A DNA stretch of 64,000 nucleotides. Source: Candidatus Omnitrophota bacterium (GTDB lineage: Bacteria; Omnitrophota; Gorgyraeia; Zapsychrales; Fredricksoniimonadaceae). The notes beneath the pieces were generated by a model. That model worked only from the letters and a program-made list of their open reading frames with translations. It was not told the DNA's origin and searched no databases. The position numbers and the translations under genes were made by a program. The stretch covers positions 7,890 through 71,889 of the forward strand of contig CAJARJ010000005.1 in assembly GCA_903944345.1 (NCBI GenBank). Direction: 5' to 3'. Shown here one piece after another: positions 9,189 through 18,017 of this stretch (position 1 is the stretch's first letter; the number at the start of each line of letters is the position of its first letter).

Positions 9189-9548
9189 ATGAATTTGTAC
9201 GTCGGCAACCTTTCATATGAAGCAACAGAAGAAGATTTGCGTCAGGCTTTCAGCCAATTTGGAGCAATCGACAAGGTTTCCTTAATGAAAGACAAGATCA
9301 GCGGTCAGTCGAGAGGTTTTGCTTTTGTTGAAATGCCTTCGAAAGAAGAAGCCGAGGCTGCAATCGGTTCTCTTAACGGAAAAGATCTTAAAGGTCGTCC
9401 GATTACTGTGAACGAAGCTCGTCCTAAAACTGAAGGCGGCGAAAGACGCGGCGGTTTTGGTGGCGGACGTGGCGGTTTCGGTGGCGGCGGCGGTGGTTTT
9501 GGTGGCGGAAGAGATCATGGCAGACGCTCGGATCGCGATCGTTATTGA
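9189..9548 (+). CDS. Glycine-rich RNA-binding protein (single RRM plus RGG/GGF tail)
   Basis: RNP2 LYVGNL and RNP1 RGFAFVEM; C-terminal GGFGGGRGGFGGGGGGFGGGR; AGGAGAG RBS. Confidence 0.85.
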   Translation: MNLYVGNLSYEATEEDLRQAFSQFGAIDKVSLMKDKISGQSRGFAFVEMPSKEEAEAAIGSLNGKDLKGRPITVNEARPKTEGGERRGGFGGGRGGFGGGGGGFGGGRDHGRRSDRDRY

Positions 9549-9581
9549 TCTGTTTTCCATAAATGTGCAATCTGTTCAAAA

Positions 9582-9611
9582 ATCCCGTCAGCCTAAAAAC
9601 TGACGGGATTT
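9582..9611 (+). terminator. Hairpin terminator after the RRM gene
   Basis: ATCCCGTCAG-cctaaaaa-CTGACGGGAT 10-bp stem then TTTCAT. Confidence 0.5.
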
Positions 9612-9647
9612 CATAAAACTTACTTTCAGGAAAGGAATAGGTCTAAT

Positions 9648-10130
9648 ATGTCAAAAAAGTTTTCCGGTTTTTGTCTGACTTTAATCCTTCTTTTAACGGC
9701 TTCTTCCTTGGTTTTCGCTCAAGCCGCGGCTCCTGTTGACTCTCCCGAAAACAAGACCATTTTTTCCTATAAGAAAGAATTGGGAATGACGGATGAACAG
9801 GAAAAGAATCTGAATTCTATTCTGGAAGAATTCCAGCAGTATTTTAATGCAAAAAAAGATTCGTTAATTGCTGTGGAAAAAGAAATTGCCGACTTGGTTA
9901 CTTCAAAAGGCAGCCTTGAAACTATCAAAGCAAAAATAGATGACCTTGCCAAACTTAAGGCTGAGGTTACATTCAAGGATATCGAAACTTCACGTCGCGT
10001 TGAATCTGTTTTGAAACCTGAACAGATTGAACAGTGGAAGATGATACAAACAGAAGCTATTGAGATGCTCAGAAATCAGATGGCTGCGGGGCAAGCATCC
10101 ACGCCTGCTCCCATGGAAACTGTTAAGTAA
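9648..10130 (+). CDS. Periplasmic Spy/CpxP-like (LTXXQ-type) protein with signal peptide
   Basis: Signal peptide ...SLVFAQAAAP; helical body with LKPEQIEQW (LTXXQ-like) motif. Confidence 0.45.
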   Translation: MSKKFSGFCLTLILLLTASSLVFAQAAAPVDSPENKTIFSYKKELGMTDEQEKNLNSILEEFQQYFNAKKDSLIAVEKEIADLVTSKGSLETIKAKIDDLAKLKAEVTFKDIETSRRVESVLKPEQIEQWKMIQTEAIEMLRNQMAAGQASTPAPMETVK

Positions 10131-10157
10131 GCTTCAATGTTCTGTGTGCATTCTATA

Positions 10158-10196
10158 AATCCGGGTCAGATTACTCTGGCCCGGATTTATTGTTTT
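10158..10196 (+). terminator. Rho-independent terminator
   Basis: CCGGGTCAG-attact-CTGGCCCGG stem (1 mismatch) followed by ATTTATTGTTTT. Confidence 0.55.
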
Positions 10197-10232
10197 CTAA
10201 AACGGGCAAGTACTTGAACGAAAGTTTACGCC

Positions 10233-12344
10233 ATGTCTTTCTGGCTTATTAGTGCCGCGACCAACTGTATTACAAGCCTTCTTCTGGGTGCTCTTGTTTA
10301 TTTCCGTAACAGGAAAAACCCAAGAAATATCACTTACGCACTTTTTACGCTCAGTCTTGCTTTGTGGAGCTTGTGTTACTGCTTATGGCAAACCAGCACT
10401 ACAGCCGAAGCGGCAATATTCTGGTGTCGTTGGCTTATGGCTTTTGCCGTTTTTATTCCGGCAACCCATTTGCATTACATCTGGGTTTTTCGGCAGAAGC
10501 GGAACACTTTCTACCGTTGTTCAACGCGTACCCTATACTTAATTTCTGCTCTTTCAAGTCTGTTGTGTTTTACCCCGCTTGCAATCAAAGACGTTCGTCC
10601 CCGTTTAATGTTCGACTACTGGCCGACCGCCGGAGATTTGTTCTTTGTCATTTTATTAATCTGGCTCTTGCTTGTGTTTCTTGCAGTTAAAGAGCTTATC
10701 GAGCACGTAAGAACGACTTCAGACCCAAGTCGTAAAAGGCAGGGGATTTACCTTCTGATCGGCAATATCATTGGTTGGGGCGGTGGAGTGACCAACTTTC
10801 CACTCTGGTTCGATATTCCTGTTCCTCCCGCAGGTAATATCTTTATTTCTCTCTACGTTATTCTTATTTTCTACGCCATTGTTCGCTATAATTTAATGGA
10901 TATCCGGGTTGTTTTTTCTTCCGCAGGTATCTTTCTTGCAGTTTATTCTCTGGCATTTGGCTTTCCAATATTTCTTTATTGGCAAGGGATGCACTTTCTT
11001 GCTCTTTGTTCCGTTGTTCTTTTTGCGACTCCCGCCCCTTTTATCTATAATTTTCTGATGAAACAGGCAGAAGAAGCCATATTTATTAAAGAGCGAAAGT
11101 ATCAATATCTTCTTCTTCAGTCAACACGGGTTTTAAGCCGGTTGAAAACCGTTCCGGAGATTACCCGGTTTGTTGTTGACACGATTCATCGTATTGTCCA
11201 ACCTGGAAGTGTTGCTGTTTATCTGTCAGAGGGGGCGGGTTTCTATCTGGCGAGTAAAGCTGGACATGCTGATATCTACCCGGAGCAAATCGCTGGAGCT
11301 TCGTCCATTACCAGATACTCAAAATTGTTTGGTCCTGGCTTTATTGACGACCTTTGGCAAAAAGATCTTCTAAATGACGTTGCGTTTATTGACCAGCAAA
11401 GAAATGGCAGAAATCGTGTCGAAGTCATTATTCCAATCAAGCGGGATTATCAACTCAGCGGTTTTATGTTTCTTGGAGCAAAAATTGATTCCGTGCCTTA
11501 TTCAAACAAAGATCTTACGGTCTTGACCAGCGTTCTGGATGCCATGCTTGTTACTTTGGAGAACGCAAATTTCAGAAAAGAAGAAGACGAGCGTCGCAAA
11601 AAAGAAGACGCTATGGCGCGAAGGGAATTTCTTGACCAGATTGTTTCTGCAATGTCGCATGAAATTAATAATCCCAATCAGGCTGTTATCATGGGACTAG
11701 GAACAATAATATCCTGCGCACAAATTTATCAGGAAAGTAATGACCCCGAGATTATCAATGCCATCATCAACGTCGCGGAAGAAACCGAGCGTACAGCTAC
11801 ATCCATATCTTCACTTATTGATAATATCCGTACCTTCTCACAGGAACACAAAATTGAAGTTCTACCCATCGATATCCGCGATACTCTTCCCGTTCTCGAT
11901 GCCATCGGCAAACCAATCTTCAAGAAACACCCGAATACCACCTTTATTAAGGATATTGACCCTGATCTGCCGCTGGTTCTGGCTGACAAGGTTCCTGTAG
12001 AAGAAATCCTGCTTAATTATCTTTCCAATGCGTGCTATGCTGTAAAAGGTAACCTGGAAGGGAATCGTTTGATCACTTTGAAAATAAATCGAGTCGCATC
12101 TGATCGTGTGCGCGTAGAATTTATTGATAATGGACAGGGGATAGCCGCGAACATCCTGAAGAATTTATTTCAGATCCCTACAACTACCAAGGGCAGTAAT
12201 GAAGGCACCGGACTGGGGCTGTGGCGAATCAGAAAGATTTGTGATGCTATCGGCGCCCAATACGGGGCGTCTTCGGATGGGCCTGGCAAAGGGTCTCGCT
12301 TTTGGGTCGATTTTCGTGTAGTGGGAGCAGATCAGAATGACTGA
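10233..12344 (+). CDS. Sensor histidine kinase (N-terminal 7TM region, GAF-like, HisKA, HATPase_c)
   Basis: ~280 aa multi-TM N-terminus; H-box SHEINNPNQAV; N/G1/G2 boxes DNGQGI and GTGLGL. Confidence 0.85.
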   Translation: MSFWLISAATNCITSLLLGALVYFRNRKNPRNITYALFTLSLALWSLCYCLWQTSTTAEAAIFWCRWLMAFAVFIPATHLHYIWVFRQKRNTFYRCSTRTLYLISALSSLLCFTPLAIKDVRPRLMFDYWPTAGDLFFVILLIWLLLVFLAVKELIEHVRTTSDPSRKRQGIYLLIGNIIGWGGGVTNFPLWFDIPVPPAGNIFISLYVILIFYAIVRYNLMDIRVVFSSAGIFLAVYSLAFGFPIFLYWQGMHFLALCSVVLFATPAPFIYNFLMKQAEEAIFIKERKYQYLLLQSTRVLSRLKTVPEITRFVVDTIHRIVQPGSVAVYLSEGAGFYLASKAGHADIYPEQIAGASSITRYSKLFGPGFIDDLWQKDLLNDVAFIDQQRNGRNRVEVIIPIKRDYQLSGFMFLGAKIDSVPYSNKDLTVLTSVLDAMLVTLENANFRKEEDERRKKEDAMARREFLDQIVSAMSHEINNPNQAVIMGLGTIISCAQIYQESNDPEIINAIINVAEETERTATSISSLIDNIRTFSQEHKIEVLPIDIRDTLPVLDAIGKPIFKKHPNTTFIKDIDPDLPLVLADKVPVEEILLNYLSNACYAVKGNLEGNRLITLKINRVASDRVRVEFIDNGQGIAANILKNLFQIPTTTKGSNEGTGLGLWRIRKICDAIGAQYGASSDGPGKGSRFWVDFRVVGADQND

Positions 12345-12714
12345 AAAAAAGAAAATTCTTATCGCCGAAGACGATCAACGGATTGTCAGCAGTTACAAGC
12401 TTCTTTTTCGTTTTCAAAAGAATCTTGCGGACTTTAATCTTTTCTGGGCTGAGACAGCCGCGCAAGCGCAAGCTCTCTTTCTTCAGGAGAAACCTGCTTT
12501 GACTTTGCTAGATCTCGGACTTGGCGACGGCATCCCCGGGTATGATGTTCTCAAGCAACTTCAGGGACAGGTTCCGGACTCCTGCCGAATCGTTGTTTTG
12601 TCCGGCTATTCTGAATATGAAGACATGTGTCTTGCTGCCGGAGCCGCGGCATTTCTTAAAAAACCGCTGACGAAGGATCAATTTTTAGCAACAGTTCTTG
12701 AACATACCAGATAA
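12337..12714 (+). CDS. Response regulator, receiver domain only (CheY-like)
   Basis: Start overlaps the kinase stop; ILIAEDD, LTLLDLGLGDG (phospho-Asp region), FLKKP. Confidence 0.8.
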   Translation: MTEKKKILIAEDDQRIVSSYKLLFRFQKNLADFNLFWAETAAQAQALFLQEKPALTLLDLGLGDGIPGYDVLKQLQGQVPDSCRIVVLSGYSEYEDMCLAAGAAAFLKKPLTKDQFLATVLEHTR

Positions 12715-12735
12715 TACGCATAAACTGGAGACATT

Positions 12736-13383
12736 ATGAAAACAGTTCGCAAACATTATCATGATATCGGTTCCAAGTTGCACAGCAGTCTTTTTACTGC
12801 CGGAGCAATTAAGGATGCATTGCAGTCTTTGGTTTGCCGGGAAGAGGATCAGGCTTTATTACTTGATCTGATCAATAATTGTAAAGCAGTAGAGGATAAT
12901 TTAATGGATCTGGAACGTCAGATCAGCCTCGCCAAACTGCTTACATACCGTTTTCTCGGACCGGAAGCCTCTATTGATGAGTTAAGTAATAGCATTATCA
13001 AGGAAAATACGGCTATCAAACTGCTGATTGTTGATGATGACGAGTCTATCTGCAACGTCCTGGCCTCTTCCTATGAAAGAAAAGGATTTGTGCTCGCCCA
13101 AGCTCAGGATTATTGCGAAGCATTGAAAAAAATCAATGAATTTCGCCCGGATATCGCCATCATTGATCTTTATCTCAAAAACGGAAAAGAAGGCATTGAT
13201 ATCCTTAGATATGTTAAAGATTTTCTTCCGGGAATTAAAACTATTGTTATGACTTATGAAGATCAAGAAGCAGAGCTCCGCTGTGTTCACGAGCTTTCTC
13301 CTGATGAATTATTGATCAAGCCGGTTCGCTCTCAGGCTTTGGATGCCAAAATCAACGGTTTAATAAAATCTATTAGGAATTAG
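12736..13383 (+). CDS. Response regulator with C-terminal REC and uncharacterised ~90-aa N-terminal helical domain
   Basis: REC motifs LLIVDDDESI, IAIIDLYLKNG, LIKP in the C-terminal half; N-terminal region has no recognised family. Confidence 0.7.
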   Translation: MKTVRKHYHDIGSKLHSSLFTAGAIKDALQSLVCREEDQALLLDLINNCKAVEDNLMDLERQISLAKLLTYRFLGPEASIDELSNSIIKENTAIKLLIVDDDESICNVLASSYERKGFVLAQAQDYCEALKKINEFRPDIAIIDLYLKNGKEGIDILRYVKDFLPGIKTIVMTYEDQEAELRCVHELSPDELLIKPVRSQALDAKINGLIKSIRN

Positions 13384-13385
13384 GT

Positions 13386-13829
13386 ATGGCCAAAACAACT
13401 TTAGCTACCGAAATGTTATGGCGCTCGCTGCGAGAACAACGACTTGTTCTTCCAACCGATTTCTGGTCCCTTCTCAATAAGTGTTTTTTAAGTGTTCTTT
13501 CCGATATTCAGCAGACCGTAGAATCCTGTCCGGACACCGTTCCAGCGCCTGTTTCCGGACGAATTGTTATTCAAATCGAAAAAATGATCGTTTTATTTCG
13601 TCAGATGAAAACCAGTCTCAACCCTGCGGGGTCTTCCTCCAGTGACATCGTGATACCATCTGATGTCCGTTCCCTGATGGCGCATTATCTTGGCAATGAT
13701 CTTCAAAGGATGCTCTGGGTTGCCGACGAAGGAGGGAGCGATTCTCGTGCAATTATTCTGGAGTGTGCAGGTGATATAAAGGCCTTTTTTATTCGCTTGC
13801 GAGCAGAAACAGGTGAGCCCGCCTCTTAA
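13386..13829 (+). CDS. Hypothetical protein, last gene of the signalling module
   Basis: 147 aa ORF 3 nt after the preceding stop; no motif recognised. Confidence 0.35.
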   Translation: MAKTTLATEMLWRSLREQRLVLPTDFWSLLNKCFLSVLSDIQQTVESCPDTVPAPVSGRIVIQIEKMIVLFRQMKTSLNPAGSSSSDIVIPSDVRSLMAHYLGNDLQRMLWVADEGGSDSRAIILECAGDIKAFFIRLRAETGEPAS

Positions 13830-13873
13830 GGGATCACCGCACAGAGCTATCGTTCCACACAAGCCCCCGAGAT

Positions 13874-15178
13874 ATGAATACATCTGACTTCCATATTCCG
13901 CAAAGCGTTCTTTCGCTTTGCGACACACTTAATCATTCAGGTTTCGAAGCTTTTCTGGTCGGCGGATGCGTCCGTGACCAGATAATGGGCATAACTCCTG
14001 CTGATTTCGATATTACAACAAACTGCCTTCCACATGAAACAGCCCGTATTTTTTCCTCCAAAGGTCTTTTGGTTGTGCCTACCGGAATCCGTTATGGAAC
14101 CGTTTCTGTCATGGTCGAAAATGTTGCCTACGAAATAACAACGTATCGCAGCGAACAAGGTTATTCTGATGGTCGACACCCTGACAATATTTCTTTTCTT
14201 GGCAACCTGCACGCAGATTTAGAACGCAGAGATTTCACAATCAATGCCATGGCATTTGATCCCTTGACAGCCAGGCTCGTGGACACTTTTGGCGGCCTGG
14301 ACGATATTGAACATAAAGTGCTCCGGGCGGTCGGTAATCCTCTGCAGCGTTTTAGCGAAGATTATCTGCGAATGCTCAGAGCCGTCCGGTACGCCTCTCG
14401 TTTCTCTTATGCAATAGATCCTGAAACTTTGTCGGCTATTAAACAGTCGCATAGCGGAATTCTTCAGATTTCCCAGGAACGCATTCTTAATGAACTTCTC
14501 AAGATGGCTTCTCAGCCCGGTTCAAAATTTGCAGATGCCTTGATACTACTTAAAGAAACCGGCCTTTTGACGGATATTCTCCCGGAACTTGATTGTCTCG
14601 AAAGTTATCTGTGGGATGCCACATTGTCGTCATTACGACTTAATACTGACCATGATCCGACCCTGAATCTCGTTATTCTTTTCCATAACGTTTCCGGCCA
14701 CAGTCTTTCTACAAACAAGCCTCAGTCCGATATTGCCGTAATTTCCCGAATTGCCCGCCGGATGAAAATGAGTAATCAGCTTAGAGACGCGTTATGTTTC
14801 ACAAGTATTCATCACGAGTTTTACGCGCCAACTCATCAACTTTCGAATCATCAATTCGTTCATTTAATGCAGCATCCCTGCTGGGAACTCTTGTACCGTA
14901 CAATTTTCCTTTATTATTCTGTTTATTCTAACTTTGACTTGTCCAGATGGCAGCCAATCGAAACAAAGATACGCACTTTATATCGTTACTATTTTGAAGA
15001 AGGCAATCTCGAGATAATCCGCAAGCTGATTAACGGAGATAGGGTAATGACGATAAAGAAGTGCCTTCCTGGACCGGAAATCGGAATATATATCGATGCC
15101 ACAATTAACTGGATACTTGACAACTCTGTTGATATAAACGAAACTTCTGATATTGATCTTTTTATCGGGAAGCTTTAA
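13874..15178 (+). CDS. cca: tRNA nucleotidyltransferase (CCA-adding enzyme / poly(A) polymerase family)
   Basis: GGCVRDQIMG...DFDI nucleotidyltransferase head and RDFTINAMAF motif. Confidence 0.8.
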   Translation: MNTSDFHIPQSVLSLCDTLNHSGFEAFLVGGCVRDQIMGITPADFDITTNCLPHETARIFSSKGLLVVPTGIRYGTVSVMVENVAYEITTYRSEQGYSDGRHPDNISFLGNLHADLERRDFTINAMAFDPLTARLVDTFGGLDDIEHKVLRAVGNPLQRFSEDYLRMLRAVRYASRFSYAIDPETLSAIKQSHSGILQISQERILNELLKMASQPGSKFADALILLKETGLLTDILPELDCLESYLWDATLSSLRLNTDHDPTLNLVILFHNVSGHSLSTNKPQSDIAVISRIARRMKMSNQLRDALCFTSIHHEFYAPTHQLSNHQFVHLMQHPCWELLYRTIFLYYSVYSNFDLSRWQPIETKIRTLYRYYFEEGNLEIIRKLINGDRVMTIKKCLPGPEIGIYIDATINWILDNSVDINETSDIDLFIGKL

Positions 15179-15219
15179 CAAGCCATAATCCCTTGATCTT
15201 CATATTTAGAAAGGTCTTT

Positions 15220-15795
15220 ATGCAAAACCCGGGTTCATTCTACGGTCACCATTCTCTGGAAGAAGCGTTCTTTATTAAACGTGATGCAGAACTAATCGAG
15301 CAACAGAGAAAGATTGCGAAAATGCATCGCAGTCGGACGGCCCTCAGCGATGTTTCAGGCATTACCAATCCTGACGTCCTGGACAAACTTTTGGAACTTG
15401 AAATCACGCCACAAACCTTGGCATCTCTGGCTGTGGTTCCACTGCTTGAAGTCGCCTGGGCAGATGGGCACGTAGATGCCCGCGAACATAAAGCCGTCCT
15501 TGATGCCGCAAAACTTAATGGTTTCAAAAAAGACGATCCCGATTATGCATTGCTGGATAATTGGCTCAATCACCGGCCTTCAGATAAGCTTCTTCATGCA
15601 TGGGTTCACTATATCCGGGGCCTTTGCGAAACATTGGAACCAGCAGAAATTCGTGCACTGCAACTGGAGCTTATTGGCAGAGCAAGAAAAGTTGCAGAGG
15701 CCGCTGGAGGAATTCTTGGCATGGCTTTAAAAATTTCTCCTAAGGAAAATGCCGTGCTTAAAAAGATGGAGGCCGCTTTTGTACACAGAAAATAA
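15220..15795 (+). CDS. TerB-like domain protein
   Basis: EVAWADGHVDAREHKAVLDAAKLNG resembles the TerB/DjlA-N fold; start chosen at ATG 15220 (GAAAGG RBS). Confidence 0.4.
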   Translation: MQNPGSFYGHHSLEEAFFIKRDAELIEQQRKIAKMHRSRTALSDVSGITNPDVLDKLLELEITPQTLASLAVVPLLEVAWADGHVDAREHKAVLDAAKLNGFKKDDPDYALLDNWLNHRPSDKLLHAWVHYIRGLCETLEPAEIRALQLELIGRARKVAEAAGGILGMALKISPKENAVLKKMEAAFVHRK

Positions 15796-16231
15796 TAAGT
15801 CTAAAAAAATCAAAATAGAGCCTTGATTAATTAAAAAAGCAGGTGTATATTTGAAAAGTAAGCGGACTTTGTTTCTATAAGTCCTAACACGGCCGGACAG
15901 GCCGTGAAATTAACGGGCAATGTTGTCCGAAAATATAAAGTAAAGAAGCTTTAAAACAATCCCTGGTTCAGGGTTTTATTAAGACATTGACGTCTTGATT
16001 CCATTCTTGGTTTCAAGGCGTTTTTTTATTTTAGAGCTCTGAGATTCCAATACTTCGAATAGAAGTCAATTGTTTGAACGATCTAGCAGTTACTTTAATA
16101 TTCGGGCTTAAAGAAAGGACGGTATGTGGCAAGTTTTATATATTCAGGAAGAGATTCGCCCTATGTTTCCATGTAGTATCGGTTTGTATTAAAACAAAAC
16201 TAATCATAATCATCAAAAAGGAGTGTGTTTT

Positions 16232-17458
16232 ATGAATTCAGGAGATACAGCATGGGTCCTGATCTCGACAGCATTAGTTATGCTGATGACCCCCGGACTG
16301 GCTTTCTTTTATGGAGGAATGGTCAGAAGAAAGAATATCCTTAGTGTGTTGATGCAGTGTTTCTTTATTTTGTGCTTGGTCAGTGTATTATGGGTTGTAT
16401 ATGGATATTCTCTTGCTTTTGCTCCTGGAACCGGATTCTGGGGCGGCTTTAGCTGGTCCATGCTCAATGGTGTTGGTCTTGAGCCTTATGCGGATTATTC
16501 CGGAACCATTCCGCACCAGGCTTTTATGATCTTTCAGGCCATGTTTGCCGTCATTACTCCAGCCTTGATCATTGGTGCTTTTGCTGAAAGAATGAAGTTT
16601 TCTTCTTTTGTAGTTTTTACTGTTCTTTGGCTAACTTTTGTTTATGCTCCGGTTTGTCACTGGGTATGGGGGCTTGGAGGTTTTATTCGCAATATGGGCG
16701 CGCTGGACTTCGCGGGTGGTACCGTTGTCCATATTAACGCCGGGATCGCGGCACTGGTTACAGCACTTATGATCGGAAGACGAAAGAATGCTGAAAAACA
16801 CCTGCCCTCGCCCCACAATTTACCATTTGTTGCGTTGGGCACAGCCCTTTTGTGGTTTGGCTGGTTCGGGTTTAATGCCGGATCTGCTCTCGGGGCAAAT
16901 GGTCTTGCTGCCGGTGCGTTTGTTGTGACCAACACAGCGGCTGCAGCTGCTGGTTTAAGCTGGGCTCTTATTGAATGGGTGCGTAATGGCAAACCCACGC
17001 TTTTCGGTATTGCTTCCGGAGCAGTGGCAGGGCTTGTTGCCATAACACCGGCAGCAGGGTTTGTTAACATCTCTGGTGCTATTATTATTGGTCTTTTGGT
17101 TAGTGTTTTTTGTTACCTTTCGGCGGTTATAATTAAACCGTTGGCTGGTTATGATGATGCGTTGGACGCATTTGGAGTTCATTGCGTTGGAGGAATCTGG
17201 GGAGCATTGGCCACCGGCTTGTTTGCTTCAAAAGCCATTAATCCTGCCGGCAATGATGGACTTTTTTACGGAAATCCTGCTTTATTCATGATCCAGGTCA
17301 AGGCTGTTCTTTTGACTGTAGTTTATTCCGGTATCGTTACTGCGGTGATTTTTAAGGCTGTTGATATGGTTATGGGGATGCGCGTATCTTCCAAGGAAGA
17401 AGATGTTGGTCTTGATTTAACGCAGCATCATGAGCGCGCTTATACTATAGTTGAATAA
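16232..17458 (+). CDS. amtB: Ammonium transporter
   Basis: DTAWVLISTALVMLMTPGLAFFYGGMVRRKN Amt signature; 11 TM helices; AAAAAGGAG RBS. Confidence 0.9.
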   Translation: MNSGDTAWVLISTALVMLMTPGLAFFYGGMVRRKNILSVLMQCFFILCLVSVLWVVYGYSLAFAPGTGFWGGFSWSMLNGVGLEPYADYSGTIPHQAFMIFQAMFAVITPALIIGAFAERMKFSSFVVFTVLWLTFVYAPVCHWVWGLGGFIRNMGALDFAGGTVVHINAGIAALVTALMIGRRKNAEKHLPSPHNLPFVALGTALLWFGWFGFNAGSALGANGLAAGAFVVTNTAAAAAGLSWALIEWVRNGKPTLFGIASGAVAGLVAITPAAGFVNISGAIIIGLLVSVFCYLSAVIIKPLAGYDDALDAFGVHCVGGIWGALATGLFASKAINPAGNDGLFYGNPALFMIQVKAVLLTVVYSGIVTAVIFKAVDMVMGMRVSSKEEDVGLDLTQHHERAYTIVE

Positions 17459-17494
17459 GATTCAAATCTACCAAAACTGAAAACGGAGGATGCT

Positions 17495-17836
17495 ATGAAA
17501 ATGATAATTGCTATCATCCAGCCCAGTAAGCTTGATGATGTGCGCGACGAGTTATACAAGATCGACGTCAATCTGATGACCATCAGCGAAGTTTTGGGAC
17601 ATGGACGTCAGAAAGGCGTTACAGAGGTTTATCGGGGAGCCAAAGAAATGGGCAATTTCCTGCGTAAAATTCGTATTGAGATTGCAGTTAATGATAACTT
17701 CCTTGAACCGGCTGTCAAAGCAATTGTCAAAGGAGCAAAAACGGGCGAGACTGGCGACGGGAAAATTTTTATTCTCCCGCTTGACCAGTGTGTCAGAATC
17801 CGTACCGAAGAACGTGGCGGACTTGCCATTGGTTAA
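17495..17836 (+). CDS. glnK: Nitrogen regulatory protein P-II
   Basis: 113 aa; GRQKGVTEVYRGA T-loop region; GDGKIFI; GGAGGA RBS; directly downstream of amtB. Confidence 0.9.
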   Translation: MKMIIAIIQPSKLDDVRDELYKIDVNLMTISEVLGHGRQKGVTEVYRGAKEMGNFLRKIRIEIAVNDNFLEPAVKAIVKGAKTGETGDGKIFILPLDQCVRIRTEERGGLAIG

Positions 17837-17851
17837 TGACTGATTATTCTG

Positions 17852-17908
17852 ATCCCGGACGGGGAGGAGCGGTTGTATTATTTCCTCTTCGTCCGGGATA
17901 TATTTTTG
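17852..17908 (+). terminator. Rho-independent terminator after glnK
   Basis: ATCCCGGACG...CGTCCGGGAT 10-bp inverted repeat followed by ATATATTTTTG. Confidence 0.6.
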
Positions 17909-17945
17909 ATCCAAAAAATCTTCTTGCTGATAGCCTTTCTTCCTT

Positions 17946-17974
17946 TTGACATGGTTCAGATATTTATGTATAAT
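17946..17974 (+). promoter_or_regulatory. Consensus sigma70 promoter of recA (TTGACA-17-TATAAT)
   Basis: Perfect -35 at 17946-17951 and -10 at 17969-17974 with TG immediately 5' of the -10; 44 nt before recA ATG. Confidence 0.6.
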
Positions 17975-18017
17975 CAACCTCCCCTTAAGTAGTGAATTCA
18001 ATAATTTGGGAGGTCGT

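Noticed and set aside
16120-16150. TGGCAAGTTTTATATA resembling the -24 element of a sigma54 promoter upstream of amtB
   Set aside because: No GC dinucleotide at the -12 position and no NtrC-type TGCACC-N5-GGTGCA enhancers upstream; judged a chance match.
16176-16189. GTA-N8-TAT resembling an NtcA/CRP-family site before amtB
   Set aside because: Imperfect (TAT not TAC) and placed so that the implied -10 and TSS would fall on top of the RBS at 16216.
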